Assembly (NCBI RefSeq): GCF_046119375.1
Contig: NW_027362772.1
Coordinates: 72,850,001 to 72,914,000 of the forward strand
Direction of reading: 5' to 3'
DNA length: 64,000 nt
Source: Phyllobates terribilis
Taxonomy: Eukaryota
Shown here in pieces: positions 50,521 through 64,000 of the stretch (positions are counted from its first letter, which is position 1; each line of letters opens with the position of its first letter). A model generated the notes under the pieces. The model was not told where the DNA came from. It saw nothing but the letters and a program-made list of their open reading frames with translations, and ran no database searches. The position numbers and the translations under genes were made by a program.

Positions 50521-53500
50521 GGCTCTGCTCTTTACCTGACATGCAGGACAGAAATCTATTTCTCTTGTCTGCTCTGCAGAGACCTGACTGTGGGGACTTG
50601 GACTGAGCATGTGCGACCACCAGCACTCAGCTCATTAGGTGGACGTGGACATTGTTATACACTTTAAACACCAGGAGGCGCCATACTTTGTAAGTAAATA
50701 TCATAGCCCTTCACTGTATCATATTATGTGCAGCAAGTAAATGGCTAACATTGTTCATTTGTTCCGATGGATACAATCTAGCAGGTGTAGATGACACAGG
50801 TCCTGACTGATCCTGTGAGGAACTAACATCAATTGATTCATTGTGCCAAGATAAATACTCCCCAGCGCCCGGTTCACTGAACAGATGGCACCCACGCTGT
50901 GTTTGTTCTGAGAGCTGTTGTTACCTGTCCTACATATTTCCGGATGAGGACATGACTCATGTTGTACTTTGTCACCAGACATAGACCTGTCCCATGAATC
51001 GCTATCACTTTTTATTTGTCTATTTCCTGATAAGACTCAGCGAACTGTCTGGAGTGAAAGTGCTGAGTGTAGGGCCCCTGGCTGAGAACTCAAAAAAGTT
51101 TTCTTGATATCTGTCAATTCCAAAGTATGCTCATGCTCAGTAGCACTATGCACAGTGACAGTGCACTCCTTCACCGGCTCTGAAATAACAAATGTAATGA
51201 CAGTTTAATACTTTAACAAATGAAAAATTGTAGAAAATTAAAAGAAAAATAAATAAAAGACAAGCTCCATAAATTGTTACTTCCATCGTGCAAATTCTGT
51301 TGCGTAATTTAATTTTAAATTAAAATCTTTTTTTTTTCTCAGCTCCAAAGCAAAAAAAAACATAAAAAAGGTCCATGTTGTCATTAATTAAATAAGAAGA
51401 GCTCAGAAAAAAAGATAGATGAAAGAATTACATGCTCTCCAATTAGAATCAGCTCACTGACAGATTCTCAGTTAACTCATTTTGCAGCAAACAGAGCAAC
51501 ACAGAGACTAAAGAAGGAAAACGGTGCAAAATTTGTTGCCCTAAAAGAATGTTGAATCCCTTTAACTAGAACAATGGGAAGAAGAAATTGCAGAATTGTA
51601 GCTCTACGGGCCGCATCTATGTGCTCTCGCTGCTTCCTCCGAATACTTTTATGAACTGTTGGTATTTCCTTTGCAGGGTTCATTGAACTTTATCCGCATT
51701 TTAGAGGAGATGTGCATGTGGAAAACTGAGTGTAATGCTGACTTCACATACCATGGATGCCACGATAGTGTCTGCGTTTCTCACAACACCAAATCATCAT
51801 ATATTTTCACAGAAATGTATTAGGTTCACGGCTACATTTCTCTTCGAAGATGTGGTCCTTTTTAGCTGCAGTTGGTTTGGCAATTTCTAGACTGAGGTGC
51901 AGAGTCTTAAAGGGGTCGTCCGAAACTAACATTTATTTCAATCCTAAATGCCTATCTCTTTTCTAATATACTTTAATGAAAAAGTCCCTATTGTTCCCTA
52001 TCTAACTGCTTTATTTTATTTACTAGTTCCTGTTCGATGACACTTTATTTGAGAAGCCCAGTGCATGCTGGGATACTCAAATGAGTCATCATCAGGGGGC
52101 ACGGCCTCTTCCCCTTCCCTAAAACAAAGTGTCATCAGTGACGTCTGTTTCAGTGGCAGGGCTAGTCACTCCTCTACTGAGCAGCAGCGGTTGTCAATTC
52201 CGACATGTGCTCAGTGACAGTGCACTCCCTCACCAGCTCTTATGAGAAGTGACAAGCCGGCAAAAGAGCGCACTGTTAGTGTGCATTCTAAGGAGAATTC
52301 AGGAAAAGCAGAGATCAGCGCCGCAAAAGCAAATGACATCACTTGCGAGGTTGGGGCTGGTCTCTGCTCGCTTGTTGTCTCTTTACAATGCGCTTACTTG
52401 CCAGCTCATTATTTCTCATGACAGCTGGCGAAGGAGTGCACTGTCACTGTGCATATTCCTACTAAGTATACGTTGGAATTGACAGATATCAAGGTATCAC
52501 AGTCAGGATGAAATGTGCAAAACTAGGGGCAAAACTACAGCACCTTCAGGGGGTTACAGTTGCGCATTGGAGCTTAGGGGTTAGTTGAGTCTAAAAGTTC
52601 CCTTTGGCCCATACGAGCAGATAAATACAAAGACCCTTGAAAATTGGGGGCCCTGTTGGAGGTTTTATATCGTAGTCCACGAGCTTTGTGTTACACCACT
52701 GGACATGAGCATAGTCATCAAACAGACTAGTAGTTAACACAGGCGAGCGCTATACTCAGCTTTCTCCAGCAGTCCCATAGACAATGAATGGAGCATGTGG
52801 ACCTCCGCTCCCGGGTTTAAGAACTCCGATCTCGGTTGCACCCTAAACGATCAGTAAATTAGCTCCTTCCCTAAGGAGAGGGGATAATTTTGTATTTTGG
52901 GAATAACCCTTTAATCGTGAAAGGCGCAGTCATCCCATGAACCAATTAGGGCACATAGGTGTCGTGGAAGAGAGGGTCCTCACTCATACACTTCGCCCAC
53001 CATTCTCCTGCTGATGATGGCGAGTCGGTGGACTCCAATCCGTGCCGCACTGCTCCAGGGACACAGTTCACGTGGTGTGGGCGTCTTATTGGAAGAGTAA
53101 TGTGACTTAGCTAAGAGTTAGAAAACTTCTAGGAACAAAGTTCTTGAACTTTCAACATGTGGACGGTCCACAGAGGAGTGGTCACCCATGACTCACTTCC
53201 TGAACACAGCACACACAAGGAATGTGTAGAGTCATGGCTACACCTTCCCTGGGGATTGCACATTGCAGGGGTCCTGCCCTGCTCACTGCTGCAGTCTCCA
53301 CAGCACAGGGATGTACAGATGTAGCAGAGCTGAAAATGTCATTCATCCTCTGCTGCGATGCACTTTTTTCCTCGTTCTATAAACGAACGAAACACAGGTG
53401 GACCCCATAATAATCAATAGCGCCCCTCTGCATCTGTTATGCAATGGAATGTAACATTATTCACTAGGTTTAAAACACAGATACATTGTGATATTGGCAT

Positions 53501-53719
53501 GAAAAGAAAAGGGTTCCTCATTTTTTAGAAAACCCCTGAAGTTTGTTGGAAAAAAACAAACCGTGATTTACTCACCCTCCTCTGGTCCTGCTCTCAGTCT
53601 CCACCACTGCCCCCCCTGTGTCTGTTATTTACTGCAGCGCTGACGTCACATTAAACAGTGCTGCGGCCGATCAGTGAGGTCGGTGGCTGGGGAAGAGTGA
53701 CGACAGTACTGCAGACAAT

Positions 53720-53772
53720 AAGTGGCGTAACTAGAGTCTAAGGGCCCCGATGCAAGATTTGGACCGGGCCCT
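53720..53772 (+). mobile_element. hAT-like MITE left end preceding a minisatellite
   Basis: AGTGGCGTAACTAG...GGGGCCCC start, recalled as a common frog MITE terminus; no matching right end seen. Confidence 0.45.
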
Positions 53773-54932
53773 CCCCATCCTGGTATATATGTCCCTTATC
53801 CTGGGCCTCATCCTGATATTATATGTATATATGTCCCCCATCCTGGTATATATATTCTCAATCTTGGTATATATGTCCCCCATCCTGGTATATATGTCCC
53901 CCATCCTGGTATATATATTCCCCATCCTGGTATATATATCCCTTATCCTGGTATATATATTCCCTATACTGGTATATATATCCCCCATCCTGGTATATAT
54001 GTCCCTTATCCTGGGCCTCATCCTGATATTATATGTATATATGTCCCCCATCCTGGTATATATATCCCCCATCCTGGTATATATGTCCCTTATCCTGGGC
54101 CTCATCCTGATATTATATGTATATATGTCCCCCATCCTGGTATATATATTCCCCATCCTGGTATATATATCTCCCATCCTGGTATATACTTTATATCCCC
54201 CATCCTGGTATATATGTCCCTTATCCTGGGCCCCATCCTGGTATATATATCCCCCATCCTGGTATATATATTCCCCATCCTGGTATATATGTCCCTTATC
54301 CTGGGCCTCATCCTGATATTATATGTATATATGTCCCCCATCCTGGTATATATATTCCCCATCCTGGTATATATGTCCCTTATCCTGGCCCCATCCTGGT
54401 ATATATATCCCCCATCCTAGTATATATATTCCCCCTCCTAGTATATATGTGCCTTATCCTGGGTCCCATCCTGGTATATATATATTCCCCATCATGGTAT
54501 ATATATCCCCCATCATGGTATATATGGCCCCCATCATGGTATATATATCCCCCATCCTTTAATGTATGTTCCCCATCCTGGTATACATCCCCCATCCTGT
54601 TATATGTATATCCCCCATCCTGTTATATATATCCCCCATCCTGGTATATATATTCCCCATCCTGGTATGTATGTTCCCCATCCTGGTATGTATACATATC
54701 CCCCATCCTGGTATATATATATCCCCCATCATGGTATATATATTCCCTATCCTGGTATATATATATCCCCCATCCTGGTATATATATTCCCCATCCTGGT
54801 ATGTATGTTCCCCATCCTGGTATGTATACATATCCTCCATCCTGGTATATACTGTATATATCCCCCATCATGGTATATATATCCCCCATCATTGTATGTA
54901 TGTCCCCCATCCTGGTATATATCCCCCATCCT

Positions 54933-54974
<42 letters not shown>

Positions 54975-55306
54975 ATCCTGGTATATATATCCCCCATCCT
55001 GGTATATATGTTTCCCATCTTGGTATATATATACCCTATCCTGGTATATATATATATCCCTCATCCTGATATATATATATCCCCCATCCTGGTATATATA
55101 TCCCTCATCCTGGTATATATCCCCCATCCAGGTATATATATCCCCCATCCTGATATATATATATCCCATCCTGGTATATATATATCCCCCATCCTGGTAT
55201 ATATATCTCCCATCCTGGTATATATATCCCCCATCCTGGTATATATTCCCCATCCTGGTATGTATGTTCCCCATCCTGGTATATATATTCCTCATCCTGG
55301 GATATA
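53773..55306. repeat. ~19-21-bp minisatellite CCCCATCCTGGTATATATAT with length-variable TA tracts
   Basis: Direct reading of the sequence. Confidence 0.97.
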
Positions 55307-55826
55307 CAGGTCCATCTCCCTAAATTAGAATATCATCAAAAAGTTAATTTATTTCAGTTCTTCAATACAAAAAGTGAAATTCGTATATTATATAGAGTCA
55401 TTACAAACAGAGTGATTTCAAGCTTTTATTTCTGTTAATGTTGATGATTATGGCTTACAGCCAATGAAAACACAAAAGTCATTATCTCAGTAAATTACAA
55501 TAATTAACAAAAAACACCTGCAAAGGCTTCCAAAACGTTTAAAAGGGTCCCTTAGTCTGTTTCAGTAGGCTCCACAATCATGGGGAAGATGGCTGACTTG
55601 ACTGATGTCCAGAAGGCAGTCATTGACACACTCCACAAGGTTCCAGAGTCTGGAGGAAGAGTGGAGAGGCCACAATCCAAGCTGCTGGAGGTCTAGTGTG
55701 AAGTTTCCACAATCAGTGAAGGTTTGGGGAGCCATGTCATCTGCTGGTGTAGGTCCACTATGTTTTATCAAGACCAAAGTCAGCGCAGCCGTCTACCAGG
55801 ACATTTTAGAGCACTTCACGCTTCCC
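55307..55826 (+). mobile_element. Truncated, internally deleted Tc1 element
   Basis: TA|CAGGTCCATCTCCCTAAATTAGAATATCATC left TIR (family of 5999-6204); transposase remnant FPQSVKVWGAMSSAGVGPLCF. Confidence 0.85.
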
Positions 55827-56514
55827 GACAGGTCTCTGCACCATAATACACTTCAGTTGAATGTGCATCCGAGGGACGCACATCCAGTTGAAGATTGTGC
55901 TGGCATCGGCGGTTCTCCACCTGCATGGGCTCGGTCACAACCTTTGCGACCGTGATTGTTACGCCCCTGGCTGCGTTCCCACGATTGAGTTTTTTTACGC
56001 TAACCTATTTTATTTATTGGGTGCAGAAATGGTGCAACATCAAAAACTCACCGAAAACTCATTGTGGGAACGGAGCCCTACAGACACTGCCAAGAATCTG
56101 CCTGAAAAAGAGGCACGAAAAATGTACAGGATGCTATGTCAAAAGGTCATCGGGGTGCACAAATTACTTCTTTTCATTGCTTCAGGATTCGGAAAGAAGT
56201 TACATGTTCATTCTTCGGGCGACAAAGCCATTAGTATGTGGGCAGCCACAAGAGCGATGGCAAAGCCGCCTCAGGAGATTGACCGCCGGAGTTTTCATGA
56301 AGCGGTTTCTATCTGTCGCCTTGTGTGCAGAGCCTTGTAGTGACCTTTCAAAGCAAAAACTCTCCAAATCCTCCTCAAAAAAACTCTTCTCAAAACTTGG
56401 GCGATTTCTGCTCAGTTTCTGCTCCAAAATCTCCTAAAAAAACTCAGTGTGAACACACCTTTAGGAGTCTGTGCACACAGTGATTCAGTTCCAAAGATGG
56501 TGGGGTTGCCGAGG

Positions 56515-57660
56515 TTTTCCGTCAGTCTTTTTCCTTCAGTCTTTTTCCATCAGTTTTTCCTTCAGTCTTTTTCCATCAGTCTTTTTCCTTCAGTCTTTTT
56601 CCGTCAGTTGTACCTTCAGTCTTTTTCCGTCAGTCTTTTTCCTTCAGTCTCTTTTTCCGTCAGTCTTTTTCCTTCAATCTTTTTCCGTCAGTCTTTTGCC
56701 TCCAGTCTTTTTCCTTCAATCTTTTTCCGTCAGTCTTTTGCCTTCAGTCTTTTTCCTTCAATCTTTTTCCTTCAGTCTTTTTCCGTCAGTCCTTTTCCTT
56801 CAGTCTTTTTCCGTCAGTCTTTTTCCTTCAGTCTCTTTTTCCGTCAGTCTTTTTCCTTCAGTCTTTTTCCTTCAGTCTTCTTCCGTCAGTCTTTTTCCTT
56901 CAATCTTTTTCCGTCAGTCTTTTTCCTTCAATCTTTTTCCGTCAGTCTTTTTCCTTCAATCTTTTTCCATCAGTCTATTTCCGTCAGTCTTTCGCCTTCT
57001 GTCTTTTTCCGTCAGTCTTTTTCCTTCAGTCTTTTTCCGCCAGTTTTTCCTTCAGTCTTTTTCCATCAGTCTTTTTCCTTCAATCTTTTTCCGTCAGTCT
57101 ATTTCCGTCAGTCTTTCTCCTTCAGTCTTTTTCCGTCAGTCTTTTTCCGTCAGTCTTTTTCCTTCAGTCTTTTTCCTTCAGTCTTTTTCCGTCTGTTTTT
57201 CCTTCAGTCTTTTTCCGTCAGTCTTTTTCCTTCAGTCTTTTTCCTTCAGTCTTTTTCCGTCAGTCTTTTTCCTTCAGTCTCTTTTTCCGTCAGTCTTTTT
57301 CCTTCATTCTTTTTTCCTATAATCTTTTTCTGTCAGTCTTTTTCCTTTAGTCTTTTTCCTTCAATCTTTTTCGTTCAGTCTTTTTCCTTCAATCTTTTTC
57401 CTTCAATCTTTTCCCGGCAATCTTTTTCCGTCAGTCCTTTTCCGGCAGTCTTTTTCCTTCAATCTTTTTCCGTCAGTCCTTTTCCGGCAGTCCTTTTCCG
57501 GCAGTCTTTTTCCTTCAATCTTTTTCTGGCAGTCTTTTTCCGTCAGTCCTTTTCCGTCAGTCTTTTTCCTTCAGTCTTCTTCGTTCAGTCGTTTTCCTTC
57601 AGTCTTTTTCCTTCAATCTTTTTCCGTCAGTCTTTTTCCGTCAGTTTTTTCTTCAGTCTT
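56515..57660. repeat. 14-bp minisatellite CAGTCTTTTTCC(G/T)T
   Basis: Direct reading; flanked by weak Harbinger-like ends (GTGCACACAG near 56470, TTGTGCACATTCCC near 57900). Confidence 0.97.
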
Positions 57661-58039
57661 TTTCTTGTAGTGAATTCGCTGGCGGTTTTGTCACCATTTC
57701 TTGCGGCGGCTCTGAAGAATGAACATGTTCCTCCTCTTAACCGCTTCACAGTTTCTGAACCCTGATGTGGTTAAAAGAAGCAACAAAAGACTGACTGTGT
57801 GCACAGCAACCTACTTTATTTACATTGCTGTACATTATGTTCATTTTTTGAGGCGTTTTTTGAGACAGATTCTAAGCAGAACTCGCCATTTTGTGCACAT
57901 TCCCTCACACACTCACACTAAGTGCTTTTATGGTCCATTTTTTTACACATTTTTATTTTTAATATATATATTTTTTTAGTAAATGAGGCCTTTCTTGTTA
58001 TCACCGCTTTGCAGGACTATTCATTTGTCAGAAGAGTTC

Positions 58040-58532
<493 letters not shown>

Positions 58533-61188
58533 TGACTGGCACCGACATGGGCACCTGGTGCAGGGTGGTGGATAAAGGGTTAATGCACATCAGATTGTGC
58601 AACAATTATCTGTCCAATCAGAGTTGCATGCATGTTAGAAATATCCAGTCGATCTGATGGAAATCTGTCTTTAATTTTGCATTTACACATTACAGATATC
58701 TGTCCATCAGATCTGATTGATATCAGACTTTTTTTTTTTTTGCCAGATTTTGATCTGATTCAATTAGATTGGTCAAATATCCGTGCGTGTTTTGTTTTTC
58801 TCATCAATGGTCCTGAACAGATATCCAACTGTGATCGTAACGGAGGAGGAAGATGAGACCATCTGACCAATCTCTGTCCAATCGGGCTAAAATTGGACTT
58901 AAATGTTTGATCAAAATCCCCCCCCCCCCCTTCAAAAAAAAAAAAAATAAATAAAAAAATTGATCTGACTTTCAGGAACAATCTGATTGGTCAGAAATCT
59001 TTGCGTATCAATGCATCTTGTCTCCGACCAATTTCATCATCCGGAATGGAAGATTGGGCGGAAATTGGTCAGATATCTGTATGTATAAAGCTGGGCGTCC
59101 AACTTTTTTTTTATTGCATTTTTTTGCTGTGATTTTTGCAAATCCATTTTATTTATTTATTTATTTATTTTTTGTAAAACTTTGTGCAACCCAATAAAAA
59201 AAAAATTGCTTTGATGTCTGCCGGATCGGATCTGACATACAGGGGAGAAAAAAAAAACTGGTCTGCCAATCACAGACGATTCAGTTATAGGGAATAGGAC
59301 GGATCGTAAAAGAGGAAAATGAGGAACCAACTCGGACCAATTTCATCTGTACAATCTGAATTTCCACGCACAGTTTTCTGACCAATCCAATGCAGATCTG
59401 ACGGTCTGTAAAGAATTTGATTGATTATTGATTGGACCAATTTTTTTGGTTGGTCAGAAAAAATTGGAAAGAAATTCCTAAAAAAAAATTGCAGTATAAT
59501 TTTGCAGTCTCCAGTTGTGAAACTACAACTCCCAGCATGGCCCGAAATCAATACATAGTAAAGATATGAGACATTCAGAATCCGGAGGGAACGCGTTTTT
59601 AGACCCTTAAAGGGATTTTTTTCCCATTACGCGCATTTATGGCGTATTCATAGGATGCGCTGCAAATATCGGCGCTTTACATCTATGGTGGCTTTAATTC
59701 TGGTCTGTAATGGATATAGGATATGGGAGAAGTCCAGCTCCGCCCTGCGCGGGGTTAATCACCGTCTTCGCCTGCTGGCTGTACAGGAGCAATGGATTCC
59801 TGCTCCTTTTTCATCCAGTGATTCAGTTTCGGGTGTAATTCAATTATTGCGTAAGCTTCATACCACCGCCATAGGGCACATCTGCTGATTAATGCCGCCC
59901 CCAGCCTCCGCTTAACCCTTTGTTATACGGAAGGTTAGTCTATACATTAAGTTTTTAGACTCTGTTCTCTGCCTAAGAGAAAATGTCGCCCTTAGGGCCA
60001 AGTTCACACAGTGTTTGGTTTTGTTTTTTGTGCAGATTTTCCGCACGTAAAATCTGCAGCATTTGACGATATCAACAAAGTGGATGAATCACTTCATCTC
60101 ATAATCATACTTCCTTTTTTTTTTAATTTCCTTTCTTTATTTTTTATTTTCTTTAATTTTCTTTTCTTTTCTTGTGTTTTCATTTAATTTTATTTTTTTT
60201 CTTTTTTTATTTTATTTTTATTATTTCTATTTATTTTCTTTATGTGAACGCAGCATTTGCGTGGAAATTGGATTTTGTTTTGAATTTTTTTTTAATTTTG
60301 CAGAAAGGCACTTTTTAAAAAAAAAAAAAAAAAATTCTGGGGTGCAGATTTTACCCATTTTATTCAATAGGGGGACACTAAATCAGTAAGGTTAAACTTC
60401 GAGAAGTTTTTGGAGTAGAAACTGAGTGGAAACTCTTCAAATCCTTCTCAAAAAAGCAAAAACTCCTCAAAAACGTAGTTTTCTATACGGTATATGAAAA
60501 AAAAAACTGTGTGCACATAACCACGGAGCAGAAACTGAGCAGAGACTCTCCAAATCCTCCTGGAAAATGTAGCGATTCTGCTCTAAAAAGGCTGCAAAAA
60601 GACTCCGTGTCACCTGGCCACTTTCTGCTCCAAAACTTCCTAAAAAAACTACATCAAAGGTTTTTTTTTTTTCTGGGGGGAGGTGAGGAGTGGTCTTTAT
60701 TGATTTAGTCATTACCTGGCTGCAGGAAAGATGAAATTTGGGGTAAATCCACAGTGAAATCCACATCGGTCGGTGCAGATTTTGCTGCTGAATATATCTT
60801 CCATGTGGTTTTTGCATATCATTCTGATACGCCTTCAAATGGTGGCGGGAGCGCAGCTGATTTATTCAGTGGTCTCCCCATCTTTAAAGGGTGGGCTCAA
60901 TTGAATAAAGAGCAGTGCTGCAAGAAGCCGGATTCATATATATATGCGGAGGGGGGCGCCGCCTATGTTGCATGCTGAGGGGGGCGCCGTGTCTATATTA
61001 ATTTTCAATAGATATTCATGGGGCACGGTGTGTGATTCTTTTTTTTTTTTGCCATGCGTAGGACCATTCAGAGGATTAAAGAGGAGGAGGACCACCTTGT
61101 ATGATATGAAAGGCTAACTCCAAGATAAAAACATAATGAGCTCAATCCCTGCTGTCAGTAAATAATAATAGGACAGATAAATTACATA

Positions 61189-61360
61189 GGGTACTTGGTA
61201 AACACTGTTTTTGATATAAAAAAAGTGTAAAAGCCATCCCACCTCAACAAGGTGAACCCATCTGGTCTTCTCCTTGTGCCTGTCTCGATTGGGTTCACCT
61301 TGTCGTGGTTGGATTGCTTTTACACTTTTTTATATCAAAAACAGTGTTTACTAAGTACCC
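61189..61360. mobile_element. Short hairpin MITE-like element (172 bp)
   Basis: GGGTACTTGGTAAACACTGTTTTTGATATAAAAAAGTGTAAAAGC and its reverse complement, with an inner AACAAGGTGAACCC / GGGTTCACCTTGT pair; no TSD identified. Confidence 0.7.
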
Positions 61361-62006
61361 AGAAATCTAGTGATAGTTCCACCATTTTTTGAGTGAGGGC
61401 TTAGCTGAACTCTTTCAGGATGAGGTAATGGTTTGTCATCACACAGTGGACTCTGCTTACCTTCCAGCCTGAGATTGAGGCTTGGTGATTGGGATAGCAG
61501 GAGGCCTGAGCGCTCCTTATCTCGCCGGCCCCGCCCGCTTACATCTGCTTGTTACCTGAGGGGAGAATTACTGCTGGCTCTAGTCATTCCTTTATCCTCC
61601 AAGATAGATACGTTTCGCAGATCACTTCTGCTCTGCCGGGATTTGGAGATTGCTGCAAGATCTGGGAATTAGCGAGACGTCATTTTAAGGTTTACGATTC
61701 ACACTTTAAAGTATTATGGGATAGCGTAAACGACGATTTCCCAAGACATATTTTATATGGGAATTCCTTACATACGCTGTATTATCCCATAATAGGCACC
61801 GTCATAAGTAAGTGAGGCTGCAGAGGGATGACGACTCTGGAATTGTCACTTGTTGAACTCTCTAAGGCTATGGAGTGCTCCTGAAAAAGCGCTGCGAAAC
61901 CGCTGAAGAAAAATTTACCTAACACACAGCAATTATTATTGTAATGACTGCTCCTTTTGTGTTATCTTCTCCCGTACTATAAGATTTAATCTATGGGAAA
62001 CTTCTC

Positions 62007-62420
62007 TTAAAGAGAACCTTTCACTGGACTTTTATTTATTTTTTATTTAAACTAAGTACATCCTACAATTGCCACTGATTCTAGAACAGTTTTCCTTTTT
62101 CTTCTGTGCCCCTCCGTTGCAAAGTTATTCCTCCTGGAAAGAAAGATGCTCGTTTCGCTTTTCAACCGACTGGGCGTATACCAAAGAAACTTTGTGGGTG
62201 TGGCCATGTTTTGATTGGCCAGCATCAGAGGAGAAAAAGCAAACGCCCATAAGGAAGATCTGTGGAAGGGAAAATTTGCATCCTTATTTTCTGAGGGCTT
62301 AACTTTGGAACGGAGGGTGGCAGAAGAAAAAGAAAAACTGTTCCCGAATCAGTGGAGCAACGGTAATTAGAGGAGGTGCTCCGTTTTAAATTAAAAAATC
62401 CACTAAAAAGTCCCCTTTAA
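62007..62420. mobile_element. T2/Kolobok-type MITE
   Basis: TTAA ends; arms CCACTGATTCTAGAACAGTTTT / AAAACTGTTCCCGAATCAGTGG and CCCTCCGTTGCAAAGTTA / TAACTTTGGAACGGAGGG. Confidence 0.75.
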
Positions 62421-63579
62421 ATAGAACAAACCCAGAAATAAATGCACAAATATAATTAATGTTATCACATGCTTTAATATTTATAAAATAGCATAAAATC
62501 ATAGAAAAAAAACATAAAAACAGACACAAATGTGTGGTCGTGGCCCAATACGTATATGGGAGCATAGATGGAGGAGTGAAACATCTTTTTGATGGTTACA
62601 CAGCTGTACGAAAGTTATTAGGGTCTGTAAAAAAAACAAACAACAAAAAAAAACATTAGAAAATATTTTTTAGTTTTTTTTTTTTTTTTTCTCCTTGATC
62701 TGAGTTTTCTTTGATCTGAGCAATGGTGGTCAAGCTGTGACATGAGAAGGGCAAATGTCAGACGGGTCTGTGAAGGAAGTCTTAAGAGATCAGAGGCCGG
62801 CAATTTTAATGTTCTCAAAGGAGCAGCAGGGTCAAACTACCACGTTTGTCTCAACATATCCTCGAGTACCTGGTGCACATTTCTCAGGTGAGAAGGTGCT
62901 GCTGGATCGACTCTTTTGAGTCTGATATATCTGAAGTTGTCCAAAAAATGTCTGCAATAATATTACAAAAAAATGGCTTTGTCTAACATGCAACAAACAA
63001 AATGCGCCAGTATCGTAGCGCGCGTTACGGGTACAAAGTAGGCCTACGTATAGGTAGTGAATCCGCAACTATTGGGATTTGTTTCAGACCTCATTTGTTT
63101 AAGGCCTCAGTCAGACGTCTGTGAAAAATTGGTCCTTGAGCAGATTGGGTCGTGAGACGCCTGTCCAAACTCAACAGCCTCCTATATACCTGTGGGGCTG
63201 TCAAGTTCTATGAGGAGACTCGCGGCCGGTCTGTACTCTGGATGTCTGAAAAAGGCCATAGCGGTCAGTGTGATAAGCAATATGGCTGCCTTCAATGCTC
63301 GTGTGAACTCCTAAACTCCAAAATGGCTCCTCAGGACTCTCCCATACACAAACGCTTTCTCTGCCAGAGATCTGGCAGATCTCTATGGCCGCATCTTATC
63401 TTGCCGAGAACAAAAGGATCGGCAGTCCGAAATTGGACGTACTGGATTGTTATCTGTCGAGGGAGAGTCTGAGGTGGCCGTACACAATAGACTTTTGGCC
63501 TATGTCGGCAACAGTGGCCGAGATTACTCTGTGTATGAGGGGCTTAAGAAATGTTTCTGGAGATCTGTGATAGTGTCGA

Positions 63580-64000
63580 GAAGGGCCATCCTGGGGGGAG
63601 GCGGGATTGGTGTCGGGAAGGGCCATCCCTGGGAGGCTTGGTTGGTGTCAAGGGGGCCATCCCGGGGGTAGGCTTGGTTGGTGTCAAGGGGGGCCATCCC
63701 GGGGGTAGGCTTGATTGGTGTCAAGGGGGGCCATCCCGGGGGTAGGCTTGGTTGGTATCAAGGGGGGCCATCCCGGGGGTAGGCTTGGTTGCTGTCAAGG
63801 GGGGCCATCCCGGGGGTAGGCTTGGTTGCTGTCAAGGGGGGCCATCCCGGGGGTAGGCTTGGTTGCTGTCAAGGGGGGCCATCCCGGGGGTAGGCTTGGT
63901 TGCTGTCAAGGGGGGCCATCGCGGGGTTGGTGTCGTGGGGGGACGCGGGGTGGGTGCCGCAGAGGGCCATCGCGGGGTGGGTGTCACGGGTGGACATCCT
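63580..64000. repeat. G-rich 37-bp minisatellite (~9 good copies, then degenerate) in rras intron 1
   Basis: CCCGGGGGTAGGCTTGG at 63661, 63698, 63735 and onward; unit GGGGGGCCATCCCGGGGGTAGGCTTGGTTG(G/C)TGTCAA. Confidence 0.95.

Noticed and set aside
53731-55328. Tyr/Ile/Pro-rich ORFs up to 403 aa
   Set aside because: Minisatellite translations.
55861-56437. Overlapping 159-aa and 180-aa ORFs
   Set aside because: No recognisable domain; they lie among transposon fragments.
56449-57765. 438-aa Phe/Ser-rich ORF
   Set aside because: Translation of the 14-bp minisatellite.

Overview
Vertebrate genomic DNA, most likely a frog (inferred from the TTAA-flanked T2/Kolobok MITEs, Tc1, DIRS, L2 and CR1 repeats and from protein divergence). 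There is one assembly gap (N 25061-25928). Three host genes are supported. (1) A complete scaf1 on the minus strand: 10 coding exons from 17233 to 3904 join in frame into 4797 nt (1598 aa plus stop), with a CpG-rich non-coding first exon and promoter near 20.2-20.6 kb. (2) An intronless ATP-sensitive Kir6-family channel ORF on the plus strand (33442-34632, 396 aa). (3) The first coding exon of an R-Ras gene on the plus strand (58401-58502). scaf1 and rras are divergent, as in human 19q13.33, but here a Kir6 gene lies between them. KCNJ11 and KCNJ8 are normally next to ABCC8 and ABCC9, so this is best read as a third Kir6 ohnolog (Kir6.3/kcnj11l-like) kept in a tetrapod. It has no adjacent SUR gene in the window, its RKR ER-retention motif reads RKG, and the pH-sensing His175 equivalent is Asn. 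The rest is repeats: a DIRS-like end, two near-full-length Tc1 elements, CR1 and L2 fragments, a solo LTR with a 5-bp TSD, many MITEs, and many tandem arrays, several amplified inside transposons or built on hairpins. The rras promoter has two perfect CArG boxes and an RFX X-box. All calls come from manual reading and recalled family knowledge; no database searches were run.
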